From Octopus bimaculoides (lineage: Eukaryota), in contig NC_068989.1 of assembly GCF_001194135.2 (NCBI RefSeq), positions 51,702,303 through 51,766,302 of the forward strand: a DNA stretch of 64,000 nucleotides. Direction: 5' to 3'. Positions 38,926 to 51,600 of this stretch are shown here, piece by piece (position 1 is the first letter of the stretch; each line of letters begins with the position of its first letter). The translations under genes and the position numbers were made by a program. The notes under the pieces were generated by a model. It saw only the letters and a program-made list of their open reading frames with translations, was not told where the DNA came from and did no database searches.

Positions 38926-39809
38926 NNNNNNNNNNNNNNNNNNNNNNNNNNNNNNNNNNNNNNNNNNNNNNNNNNNNNNNNNNNNNNNNNNNNNNNNNNN
39001 NNNNNNNNNNNNNNNNNNNNNNNNNNNNNNNNNNNNNNNNNNNNNNNNNNNNNNNNNNNNNNNNNNNNNNNNNNNNNNNNNNNNNNNNNNNNNNNNNNNN
39101 NNNNNNNNNNNNNNNNNNNNNNNNNNNNNNNNNNNNNNNNNNNNNNNNNNNNNNNNNNNNNNNNNNNNNNNNNNNNNNNNNNNNNNNNNNNNNNNNNNNN
39201 NNNNNNNNNNNNNNNNNNNNNNNNNNNNNNNNNNNNNNNNNNNNNNNNNNNNNNNNNNNNNNNNNNNNNNNNNNNNNNNNNNNNNNNNNNNNNNNNNNNN
39301 NNNNNNNNNNNNNNNNNNNNNNNNNNNNNNNNNNNNNNNNNNNNNNNNNNNNNNNNNNNNNNNNNNNNNNNNNNNNNNNNNNNNNNNNNNNNNNNNNNNN
39401 NNNNNNNNNNNNNNNNNNNNNNNNNNNNNNNNNNNNNNNNNNNNNNNNNNNNNNNNNNNNNNNNNNNNNNNNNNNNNNNNNNNNNNNNNNNNNNNNNNNN
39501 NNNNNNNNNNNNNNNNNNNNNNNNNNNNNNNNNNNNNNNNNNNNNNNNNNNNNNNNNNNNNNNNNNNNNNNNNNNNNNNNNNNNNNNNNNNNNNNNNNNN
39601 NNNNNNNNNNNNNNNNNNNNNNNNNNNNNNNNNNNNNNNNNNNNNNNNNNNNNNNNNNNNNNNNNNNNNNNNNNNNNNNNNNNNNNNNNNNNNNNNNNNN
39701 NNNNNNNNNNNNNNNNNNNNNNNNNNNNNNNNNNNNNNNNNNNNNNNNNNNNNNNNNNNNNNNNNNNNNNNNNNNNNNNNNNNNNNNNNNNNNNNNNNNN
39801 NNNNNNNNC

Positions 39810-39842
<33 letters not shown>

Positions 39843-39843
39843 C

Positions 39844-39879
<36 letters not shown>

Positions 39880-40661
39880 CTATGTATGTATATATATATG
39901 TTTATATATGTATTTGTATGTATATTTACATATACATTCATAAATACACACACACCTATATCCATATATATATACGTGTATGTGTGTGTGTGCTCACGTG
40001 TTTCTGTGTGTGCGCGCGCGTAGTTGTGTATGTAAGTTTGTACGCGTGTGCTTGTACTTATGCATGTATCATATATGCTGTGTTAATATGTAGAGATATA
40101 GATTACATGAAATTTAGGCATTAAATATATAAACAGTAAAACATGATTGGCGCGCATACCCATACGGTCTCATCTCTTCCCATACACGCTATTACTCTAA
40201 ACACTTAATATTTATGCAATCTACAACAACCTTGCCTGCACTGAACAACACCACGCAACACGCACACTTGCTTCTGTACACACTCACACACACACACACA
40301 TGCCTGCATTGACGGATATCTTACGACAGACTCATTAGAAACAGGTAATATATTGGATGTTTCATTTACCTTATTTGATTATAAACTAGAACCGCAGGTC
40401 CAGCTTTTATGGTCACTGTAATATTGCAGACAGTTCTTGGTATTTATTAACAGGATATGTCATTTTGCAAACTGCCATTCATGAAAACGAATTTCTTCAA
40501 TCACATTGTTTTATTGATTCATATTTCCGTTTCTAACGTACGCGTTTGTCTGGTGCAATTAGATGTAATCATAGATCCAATATAATGACATTGATTTATA
40601 GTATTTCTTAAGACGTTATGACATATTGCCCACAAATTGTGCTACGAGATTTGTAGTCATA

Positions 40662-40970
40662 TACTCTTTTACTCTTTTACTTGTTTCAGTCATTTGACTG
40701 TGGCCATGCTGGAGCACCACCTTTAGTCGAGCAAATCGACCCCAGGACTTATTCTTTGTAAGCCTAGTACTTATTCTATCGTCTCTTTTGCCGAACCGCT
40801 AAGTTACGGGGACGTACACACACCAGAATCGGTTGTCAAGCGATGTTGGGGGGACAAACACAGACACGCAAACATATACACACACATACATATATACACA
40901 TATATACGACGGACTTCTTTCAGTTTCCGTCTACCAAATCCACTCACAAGGCTTTGGTCGGCCCGAGGCT
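40662..40970 (-). mobile_element. tRNA-derived SINE, family B (3' part; head lost in a gap)
   Basis: CTCTTTTACTCTTTTACTTGTTTCAGTCATTTGACTGTGGCCATGCTGGAGC... is the reverse complement of 58097-58503. Confidence 0.9.
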
Positions 40971-42849
40971 NNNNNNNNNNNNNNNNNNNNNNNNNNNNNN
41001 NNNNNNNNNNNNNNNNNNNNNNNNNNNNNNNNNNNNNNNNNNNNNNNNNNNNNNNNNNNNNNNNNNNNNNNNNNNNNNNNNNNNNNNNNNNNNNNNNNNN
41101 NNNNNNNNNNNNNNNNNNNNNNNNNNNNNNNNNNNNNNNNNNNNNNNNNNNNNNNNNNNNNNNNNNNNNNNNNNNNNNNNNNNNNNNNNNNNNNNNNNNN
41201 NNNNNNNNNNNNNNNNNNNNNNNNNNNNNNNNNNNNNNNNNNNNNNNNNNNNNNNNNNNNNNNNNNNNNNNNNNNNNNNNNNNNNNNNNNNNNNNNNNNN
41301 NNNNNNNNNNNNNNNNNNNNNNNNNNNNNNNNNNNNNNNNNNNNNNNNNNNNNNNNNNNNNNNNNNNNNNNNNNNNNNNNNNNNNNNNNNNNNNNNNNNN
41401 NNNNNNNNNNNNNNNNNNNNNNNNNNNNNNNNNNNNNNNNNNNNNNNNNNNNNNNNNNNNNNNNNNNNNNNNNNNNNNNNNNNNNNNNNNNNNNNNNNNN
41501 NNNNNNNNNNNNNNNNNNNNNNNNNNNNNNNNNNNNNNNNNNNNNNNNNNNNNNNNNNNNNNNNNNNNNNNNNNNNNNNNNNNNNNNNNNNNNNNNNNNN
41601 NNNNNNNNNNNNNNNNNNNNNNNNNNNNNNNNNNNNNNNNNNNNNNNNNNNNNNNNNNNNNNNNNNNNNNNNNNNNNNNNATATATATATATATATACAT
41701 ATATATATGAGCGTCTGTGTAATGCTTAGAAGCGATTCACGTTACTTGAATTAGTGACTCGAGTGGAATGGAGAAAATCACTTCAAATCCTTCTCACAAT
41801 ATTCCTGTAAATGGATTTAATTCTGGTTAGATTCAAACGGACAAATATGTGCATAATATATAAACTGATGTCAAACCAAGTAACGCTATTCTGAATTCAT
41901 TTAATACGTGCGTTTCAGATAATTGCACGATAGACAAATATGAATATAAATATCCCAAATCCTCTTTCCTGTCTTGCGTCATTATCTGAAACATATATAT
42001 ATATAAAAGAATTAAAGTATANNNNNNNNNNNNNNNNNNNNNNNNNNNNNNNNNNNNNNNNNNNNNNNNNNNNNNNNNNNNNNNNNNNNNNNNNNNNNNN
42101 NNNNNNNNNNNNNNNNNNNNNNNNNNNNNNNNNNNNNNNNNNNNNNNNNNNNNNNNNNNNNNNNNNNNNNNNNNNNNNNNNNNNNNNNNNNNNNNNNNNN
42201 NNNNNNNNNNNNNNNNNNNNNNNNNNNNNNNNNNNNNNNNNNNNNNNNNNNNNNNNNNNNNNNNNNNNNNNNNNNNNNNNNNNNNNNNNNNNNNNNNNNN
42301 NNNNNNNNNNNNNNNNNNNNNNNNNNNNNNNNNNNNNNNNNNNNNNNNNNNNNNNNNNNNNNNNNNNNNNNNNNNNNNNNNNNNNNNNNNNNNNNNNNNN
42401 NNNNNNNNNNNNNNNNNNNNNNNNNNNNNNNNNNNNNNNNNNNNNNNNNNNNNNNNNNNNNNNNNNNNNNNNNNNNNNNNNNNNNNNNNNNNNNNNNNNN
42501 NNNNNNNNNNNNNNNNNNNNNNNNNNNNNNNNNNNNNNNNNNNNTTGTATATTTATGTAAGGGCATTACGCTATGAGGGACTCTAAGGTCAGACTACCAC
42601 AAAAAACACATTTTTATCGAACGCGAGGAAATGCAACTCTCAAAGCCAGCCCCTTAAAAACAGACTGAATTATAGATCATGATTTCATGGTTATTGTAGT
42701 ATTATACAACTTCTACTCGTCAGTATAATATGGTCAAGATAAATAGAAATGAACAGAAAATCAACATACCAAGCGAACACCGTGTATCCAGCATAGTACA
42801 TAGAAAACTGTTTATCCCTATTTACCAATGCAAGTGGCGGGAATTTCGA

Positions 42850-43192
42850 ATTAAATACTTCCTAGAAAGTTCCGAATAAGGGGAGGAGGGTATTAAATAC
42901 TTCCTGGAAAGTTACGATGAAGGGGGGTATTAATTACTTCCTGGAAAGCTCCGAGGAAGAGGAGGAAGCTGAGTAGGAGGATTAATTACTCCTTGGAAAG
43001 TTGCGAAAAGGGGGAGGAGGTGGATTAAATACTTCATGGAAAGTTCCGAGGAAGGGGAGGAAGGGGATTAACTAATTCCTGAAAAATTCCGAGTACGGGG
43101 ATGTGGTGTTGAATTATTTCCTGGAAAGTTCCGAGAAATGGGAGGAATGGGGATTAATTACTTCCTGGAAAGTTCCGAGGAAGGGGGGATTT
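42850..43192 (+). repeat. 8-unit minisatellite, 37-52 bp: core ATTAAWTACTTCCTGGAAAGTTCCGA plus a G-rich variable part
   Basis: Units start at about 42850, 42892, 42929, 42981, 43024, 43067, 43108 and 43153. Confidence 0.92.
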
Positions 43193-43198
43193 ATTAAT

Positions 43199-45236
43199 AT
43201 CGAGACTGTAGGCTAAAATATCTAATATATAGGCTGAAATATCTAAACTATAAAATATAGGCTAAAATGACCAAACTATAGGCTTACATATCGAAACAAT
43301 AGGCTAAAATATCTAAAGTATAGGTTAAAATAACTAAACTATATGGTCAAATATCGAAACCATAGGCTAAAATATTTAATGTATAGGCTTAGAATATCTA
43401 ATGTATAGGGTAATATCGATACTATAGGCTAAAATATCTAAAGTATAAGCTCAAATATGGAAACAATAAGCGAAAATATCTAAGTATCGAAATTATACGC
43501 TAAAATATCAAAAGTATAGGCTACAACACCTAAGGTATAGGCGAAAATATCTAAAGTATAGACTAAATATCTGAAATATAAGGTCATATATCGAAATTCT
43601 GGGTTAAAATATCTAAGGTATAGGCTAAAATAGTTAAACTATAGACTCAAATAACGAAACTAGAGGCCAAAATATCTAAAGTATAGTCTGAAATAACTAA
43701 ACTATATGCTCAAATATCTAAAATATAGTCTAAAATATCTAAAGTATAGGCTAAAATAGCTAAAATATATGCTGAAATATCGAAACTATAGTCTTAAATA
43801 TCTAAAGTATAGGCTAAAATAGCTAAAATATATGCTCAAATATCGAAGCTATAGGCTAAAATATGTAAAATATAGGCTAAAATATCTAAAATATAGGCTA
43901 AAATGAGTAAACTATAAGCTCACATATTGAAACTATAGGCCAAAATATCTAGAGTATAGAATAAAATAACTAAATTATAGACTCAAATATCGAGACAATA
44001 GGCCACAATATCTAAAGTATAGGCTGAAATATCGAAACTATAGGCTAAAGTATTTAATTTATAGGCTCAAATATCTAAAATATCGGCTAAAATATCTAAA
44101 GTATAGGCTAAAATAACTAAACTAGGATCAAACATCGAAACTATAGGCCAAAATATCTAAAGTATGGGCTAAAAGAACTAAACTATAGGCTGAAATATCT
44201 AAAGTGTAGGCAAAAACAACTAAACTATAGATTCAAATATCTAAGCTATAGGCTAAAATATCTAAAGCATAAGCTAATTATCTAAGCTATAAATACAATA
44301 TCGAAACTATAGGCTTAAATATTTACTGTATAGGCTTAAATCTCGAAACTATAGGCTAAAACATCGAAACTATAGGCTAAAATATCTAAAATATAGTCTA
44401 AAATACCTAACCTGTAGGCTAAAATATCGAAACTATTGTCTTAAATATCTAACGTATAGGCTGAAATAACTAAACTATAGGTTCAAATATCGAAACTATT
44501 GTCTAAAATATATAAAGTATCGGCTGAATTATCGAAACTATATTCTAAAATATCTAAATTATTCTCTGAAATATCGAATGTATAGGCTAAAATTTCTAAA
44601 TAATGACCTGAAATATCGAAACTATAGGCTAAAATATCTAAATAATGGGCTGAAATATCTAACCTATAGGCTAAATTATCTAAAACATTTGCTAAAATAA
44701 CTAAGCTATAGGTTCAATTATCGAAACTATAGGCCAAAGTATCTAAAGTATAGACTAAAATAACTAAACTATAATGTCAAATATCGAAACTATAGGCTAA
44801 AATATCTAAATTGTAGGCTGAAATATCTAAACTATAGGCTAAACTATCTATAATATAGGCTAAAATAACTAAACTATGTTCAAATATCGAAACTATAGGT
44901 CAAGATATCTAAAGTATAGTCTAAAGTAACTAAACTATAAGATCAAATATCGAAACTATAGGCTTAAATATCTAAAGTATAGGCTAAATTAAATACACTA
45001 TAGGCTGAAATTTCGAAACAATAGGCGAAAATATCCAAAGTATAGGCAAACATAACTAAACTATAGGCTCAAATATCGAAACAATTGGCGAAACTATCTA
45101 AAGTATATCAAAAATAACTAAACTGTAGGCTCAAATATCGAAACCATAGGCTAAAATATCTAAAATATAGGCTTAGAATAACTAATGTATAGGGCAATAA
45201 CTAAAATATAGGCACAAATATCTAAAGTATAGGCTC
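43199..45236 (+). repeat. 21-bp minisatellite array (about 95-100 units) with 63-bp higher-order trimer
   Basis: Three variants, ATCGAAACTATAGGCTAAAAT / ATCTAAAGTATAGGCTAAAAT / AACTAAACTATAGGCTCAAAT, recur in fixed order, for example at 44886-45140. Confidence 0.95.
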
Positions 45237-45370
45237 ATCTAAAATATCTAGTCGTATGCTGCTTTAAAATCTTCGTACTTGCCGTGCTAAACAACGTAAG
45301 TCAATGACACACAACTTCATTCATTCACTCACTCTATCTCTCTTTCTCACCCTCTTTCTCTCACATACGC

Positions 45371-45433
45371 ATCGTTTTCCGTTAGGCATAATCTATAAAA
45401 GGCTGTTATAGATTATGCCTAACCGAAAACGAT
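45371..45433. other. Near-perfect hairpin, 28-bp arms (1 mismatch), 7-nt loop
   Basis: ATCGTTTTCCGTTAGGCATAATCTATAA-AAGGCTG-TTATAGATTATGCCTAACCGAAAACGAT. Confidence 0.95.
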
Positions 45434-45499
45434 CACGGCCACATCATCCAAAGAGACCGGGTGAAACTGGGTTTAGCTGCTAGTATATATATATATATA

Positions 45500-45995
45500 T
45501 ATTTAGATGTATGGGTAGTGATATGGAGGTCGATGTGTAGGTGTAGGGTGGGGTATGTGGGAACGGGATATTTAGGGGTGTGGATGGAGGGAGTATCAAT
45601 GAAGAGAGAAGGTGGGAAGTAGGTGCCAGTGCAAGAGAGGAGAGAAGGGTAGTCAGAAGGATAGGAGAGGGGAGTTGAGCCCATGTGACGTAAAGGAGCG
45701 AAGAGAGAAGTTTAATTCTTGTTGAAGGTGCAAAGACAATCCGAACACAGACAGGTGTTGTAATATATGACCGGTAGAGCGTAAATGGTACGAGACCGTG
45801 GTGTCATTGTCGAGTCTAATATCTCCGAGGTGCTCCGCGAACAGATCAGCCAAGCGGCGTCCCATTTGACCGATGCACAAAGAAAGGTAGAAAGACCAGG
45901 GGATGCAGTAAATGACGTTGCTAGAAATGCAAGTAAATGGGTCATTGAGAGGGAAGATGATGGGCGCCTGTGAGGATGGTGTTGGTGCATGGTTT
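45500..45995 (-). mobile_element. Penelope-like (Neptune-like) GIY-YIG endonuclease end plus 3' tail
   Basis: Minus strand FTCISSNVIYCIP...LCIGQMGRRLADLFAEHLGDIR...VSYHLRSTGH...HGLN matches FTC.S.NVIY.I.C..C...YIGQT.R.L..RF.EH. Confidence 0.85.
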
Positions 45996-48400
45996 AATCA
46001 ACTATCAACTATATTACATAAATTATTGTTTCATTGCCAAGCTAGAAATAGAATGCGCGTCATGTATCCTTTTCAGTGACTCCGGGAATTGTTGAGAAGA
46101 TTTAATATTTCACTTATACCGAATATGTGGCCGTAATGCTTGCAAAAGAGTGTTATCCTCTAAAAGAACACGTGAGAGATGTGGTGATACAACAGAGGCT
46201 GTCAGATAAGACCATAGAAAATGAATCTTATCGAAATGATTGAAATGTGTCTTTCTGTCGATAGATGTCTCAAGAATATAGAAAAAAGCACTTGTCAAAT
46301 GTTTAATAATATGGAATTGAATCCAAAGCAATAAATTTGTTGCAGGAATTTATTAATACACAATCATATCTGCACCACACTTTTAATCAGGTAGGTGTGC
46401 AATACATTATTGAATTTATAATGAAAAATAGGAAGGTCGAATCATGAATTTGAACTCATAATGTAAAGAAGCCCCAACAATCTACTGCTATAATTCGAAA
46501 GACTGTCCGTACAATTTTATAGTGAAACAACTGCTGGAACTCTTTCAGTGGAAGCAGATAAAAGTTTTAACTCAGGAAATAACATTTCTCTCAAAACAAC
46601 GAAAAGAAAGACATCTTAGATATACTGTATTTATAGCGTATAGCCATGGCATTGCTGTCTATTATAAATGCGTAAATCATCACTCATGTAGTAAGATCTT
46701 CGGAGTCAATTTCGAAATTCCCCTTTAATTTAAAGGGGGAAAAGATGATATACCTTTACAAATAATAGACATATGTGGATTACAATGAAGGAAATGGGAA
46801 GGAAATGGATATTCCTATACAATTCCACTTAGTTATTTCACGAGCGAATGCAGGACAATATCTAACGAACTCTTATCATATTTCAACTACACATCGGAAG
46901 GAAGCTATTAACTGATGAAAAATTAACAGTTTCACAAAGCTGGCTATAAGCCTTTCATATAAATGCAAGAACTCTTGGAAATAGAGAAATGTGTTTGGGG
47001 GCATTTCTTTGATGTAAATACACAACGAACTAACAACGCAACATTGCATATATGATGTTCAGTAAAGTTCTATCTTTCATTTATATCTTTCTGAGGGAAT
47101 ACAGAGGATTTCAGTTACTAAGATTAAATCTATACTTTTAAGGAAAGTGCTCTATAAATTACATTGTGAGTTATAAAATTATTAAAAAGAATTTGTAAGA
47201 AGGAATAAAGACAGTAAACAAGACTTGTTTCAGTAGAAAGTTAGAATAATAGTTTCTGGCATTGCATTGAGACCACAAAACTTTGTAGGAGATATAATCA
47301 AAACTATTGACCAATTGGTTGATTACTATGCAGTTCTTCGAACCAGGAACTTTAAAGTAAAAGTTTAGATTAGATGGATTTGAACACCGAAACAAAATGG
47401 ACGTACCGAACCAGGTATTGTACCCAACATTCTAGATATTATTAGAAAATATATATGCATATTATATATTCTAAAATAGATCTCGTAATAGTGATTACCA
47501 GTCTAACTGTGAGGTAGATATGTTTTTTAGTAATATATTATGGAAAAAAAAATTGTTATTTAAAAATAAATTAAGCCTGTTATTAAATATTCACGCAATG
47601 TCGTCCATACTGATTGGCTAAAGGAAAGCAGTAACGTGTTCATTAATTATCATGTAATTATGCAGCTATTTGTTAGCAATAGATAATGTATTTATGTGTG
47701 CTTCTCTTTGGATGCATCTACATTCAAATGTGTGTCAATCTCTTTTATCCCAGCTTTTCAATCATGGCCTACGTAAATGCATATTATATCAACGACTTTA
47801 AATGGGTATAATACCTAATTGCAAAGACAATAAATGAACACTTGAATATCACAAACACATTATATGTGCATATATGAATATACNNNNNNNNNNATACATA
47901 CACGCACACACTAAAAGATTAGCGATGAATAGACATCCTTTATAGGCATTTAGTATCGGCGGAAAGTCGTTAAACCATCAGAGGAAATTTTAAATTCTAA
48001 AATGTGAACGAACATTTAGCTATACGCATCAATTTTGAAAATATCTAATTGAAAGATTGATTGATGTTCGAGAAGACATAGATTTGATACCTTAAGATAA
48101 GACAGCACTTTGAAAGAGATCGCACTTTCCTCTTTTCATCGTTTAGCTCGTATCAAATGTCGGAATATTTCGCATGCTTTGAATTTCAATATATACAATA
48201 GTTCAGGCATTTCAATGTATGATTAAGAGAATTTTACAAGTTGTCAATACATCAACAAAGTGAAGAGAGCCACCGAAATACCGTTCTCTGTGCCATATTA
48301 CAACACCTTATTTAAGCTCTATTAAAGATGACTGATAAACTTATCACTTTGCAATATCGTGAACACTATTACTGCTTACTAACAAGTTCACCTGCTTCAA

Positions 48401-48534
<134 letters not shown>

Positions 48535-49699
48535 TCCAGTTACAGATAGGTATGGTTTATAGTGTATTTGAGATTTAGGAAATATTTTTATGAATAGGCA
48601 CATACGCCCTACAGAATGCTAAGTTCACTTCTAGTGGATACTCACTTATTCATCATGTCCCTNNNNNNNNNNNNNNNNNNNNNNNNNNNNNNNNNNNNNN
48701 NNNNNNNNNNNNNNNNNNNNNNNNNNNNNNNNATACATACATACATACATACATACATACATACATACATACATAAATCGACCTCACTAGTCGATATGTA
48801 TTTCGGTGTGATTTTTTACTTAGTGCAGAGACCAAAAACAGATATCATCCTCTATCTAGTTATCTATTTTGGTGTATTTTTTTACTGGAGTTTTGAAATG
48901 TGGACCATATTTTCAATCATACAGAGGCACTTTAAAGTGTAACTTGGTGTCATCTGCTTAAAGCTAATGGGTATCTCTAGGCACTACGTTTTTGCTACAT
49001 ATTCATATACAATACCCTGCTGGTTTCAAGTAAACAAGGATCAGGGGGAAAAAGAACAAATATAAGTATCTTAGTAGTATTACTGTTGCAAAATATATTT
49101 TTAGATTGGATAACGCATTTATTTGCATGAATCTTACAAATCATTGGTGATTACTTATATGCTATATCTGACTTTTTGCTGTAAAAGATCGTAGTTGTTT
49201 TTCTATAGAATATACAAGATATGATTATGTTCTATTTTTCTATTTGTCTCCTAAAACTATTTTGTTTCTTAAGTAGCTTGTTTTCGAGGCACATCTTCAA
49301 CCATTCCTTCTTTCAAGTTCGAATTCATTATAGACGGAAAGTATGATATATTACATTTTGCTGAACGTTCATATGAGAAAGGTTAGTCTACTGATCTAGA
49401 TATCTTGTTGGTATACGATCTTGTAACTTTTGGATGGAGGATAATTTCGTACCTTGTGTTCAAGTACAAAATCATCTGTACATACGTCGTTTCAAGACAA
49501 ATGTTGCAATTCCTATATTGCTTATTATTAACATTTGCACTGACCCTTTTTCTTATAATTTTTCTTCTGTTATGTATTTTCGCTCAGCTGGTTAACTACC
49601 TTCATATACTTTGCGCTATTGGTTAGGTCATTTGTTATATAAGACATTAACAACTAATATTCTAATGCAAAAAGTGGGAGGGCATAATTTTCTAGAAAT

Positions 49700-49850
49700 G
49701 AATTTCAAATTTAGACACAATACTGCCAAGTTCGGAAGAGGATGGCTAGTCAATTACATTGGTCGCAGTACTCACGTGGTTTATTTATTTATTTTATAGA
49801 CAGCGAAAGGATTATAAGCAATGTCGACCATAACGAAATTCGAATTTAGA
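49700..49850 (-). mobile_element. tRNA-derived SINE, family A fragment
   Basis: CAGTACTCA...GAAAGGAT...GTCGACC...GAAATTCGAATTTAGAA is the diverged reverse complement of the family A body. Confidence 0.65.
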
Positions 49851-49867
49851 AGGAAAAAACTGAGGAA

Positions 49868-50058
49868 ATGTGGATAAACATTTTATAGCCTTTCATCCAT
49901 CTTCACTTTCTGAGTTCAAATTCCGCCGAGGTCGATTTTGCCTGTCATCTTTTTGGGGTCGCTAAAATATAAGTCAGTTGAGTACTGAGATCCACGTAAT
50001 CATCTAGTTCTCTCTCACGAACTTACTGGCATTGTGCCAACATTGGAAACGAGTATTA
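49868..50058 (+). mobile_element. tRNA-derived SINE, family A fragment
   Basis: TTCTGAGTTCAAATTCCGCCGAGGTCGATTTTGCC...GAGTACTG...CTGGCATTGTGCCAA. Confidence 0.8.
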
Positions 50059-50289
50059 TATTTAATTCCCTGTGAAGATGTCTTCTATAGTATCGAAACA
50101 ATAAGTTTCGTTTCGTACCAGTGGTTTGTTTAGTAGATCTTGACATACTCTATATTCAAACAGTAATCCGTTGAATTCATATTTCTTAAGTCAACATTCG
50201 TCTTAAAAATTAAAAGATCTGCAAATTTTCTTATGTGCTGACGATTAGAAACCCTGTTTAAGCTCATATATCATCTTATTCTTATACGT

Positions 50290-50771
50290 TTATACTTTTA
50301 CTGGTTCCAGTCTTTTGATTACGACCTTGCTGGAGAACCGTCTTATTCTCTGTATGCCTAGCACTTATTCCATCGATCTGTTTTGCTGAATCACTAAGTT
50401 ACGGGGACGCAAACCCACCAAGATCGGTGTTCAATTGATGGTGGGGTGACAAACACAGACAAACACACACANNNNNNNNNNNNNNNNNNNNNNNNNNNNN
50501 NNNNNNNNNNNNNNNNNNNNNNNNNNNNNNNNNNNNNNNNNNNNNNNNNNNNNNNNNNNNNNNNNNNNNNNNNNNNNNNNNNNNNNNNTATATATATATA
50601 TATATATGTATATATACGACAGGTTTCTTTTCAGTTTCCCTCTACCAAATCCACTCACACGGCTTTAATCGGCCCGAGGCTATAGTAGAAAACACTTGGC
50701 CAAGATGCCATGCAGTGGGACTGAACCCGAACCATTTGGTTGGGAAGCAAGCTTCTTACCACAGAGCCACG
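50290..50771 (-). mobile_element. tRNA-derived SINE, family B, spanning a gap
   Basis: Tail (CTAAGTTACGGGGACG) lies before the gap and head (GCAGTGGGACTGAACCCG...GGGAAGCAAGCTTCTTACCAC) after it. Confidence 0.88.
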
Positions 50772-51600
50772 CTTTCGCCTAATGGTATATTTTAGCTATA
50801 ACTTTTCTCTCACAATTTATTAGAGAATATATTTCTTACACCGATCTTCTCTTATAACTCATCGTCTGTTTACTGTTTACTCCACACGTTGTGGAATGCA
50901 TTATTTTGGCTTAAGGCCGTTGTATCTATTTCAATTATTTGGTTTATAATTATTCGTAATGCGCTCTTACATACTACAATTTGAGCACTGTATATTCTTT
51001 TTGTGTTGCACATTTTACCGTTTAGAATTGCATCGATGTGTTATCTTCAATTTCTCTAAGGCATATGTATTAAAATTGTGTTTAATTTCCTCTGATCTTG
51101 TTTCTTGATTATTAGATCATTCTTTTTCTTTTTTTTGTTTTCTTAGAGTTTCTTGTCTTGTATTTTTGTAGATTAGTGTTTTTCTACTTATATTTCAATT
51201 TCTAGTTAAATTTCTTTCTTTTCTTTTGTCTGCTGATACGTTTATACGTTTCTGCTATTGATTTTTGGGAGGATAACGTGATATCGACAGATGTGGTACG
51301 CCGATTCCGTGATATTACTTGCGGTGTTTGGTTTTACATTGGAAAAAGCTTTTTATAGCTTGTACATATTTAGCTCTACTCTTTCTTTTCGTCTAACGCT
51401 TTTGTAATTCCCATTGTTATGAGACATAGCGTTGTATAAGGAGTTTATTGTCATATGGTTATATCTCTGAAATTGCATTCCTGAAACATTTCCATTGTCA
51501 CATATATATTTATTGTGAAGTTTTGGGAATCACGTTGACACTAGTCCCTGGCACAAGGCTAAGGACAGTACATTATAAATATATATATATATATATATGA

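Noticed and set aside
42850-43192. CRISPR-like look (conserved repeat plus variable spacers)
   Set aside because: The spacers are related G-rich sequences of uneven length, the repeats are degenerate, the DNA is animal and no cas genes are present. It is a minisatellite.
46680-46860. Possible Helitron helicase remnant (IPL.FK, QFHLVISRA, cf. PF.FKR and GQ.YVA.SRV)
   Set aside because: The similarity is too weak and fragmentary to call.
50900-51500. Possible decayed Neptune-like PLE thumb/GIY-YIG on the minus strand
   Set aside because: Only compositional hints and one loose motif; no convincing conserved block.
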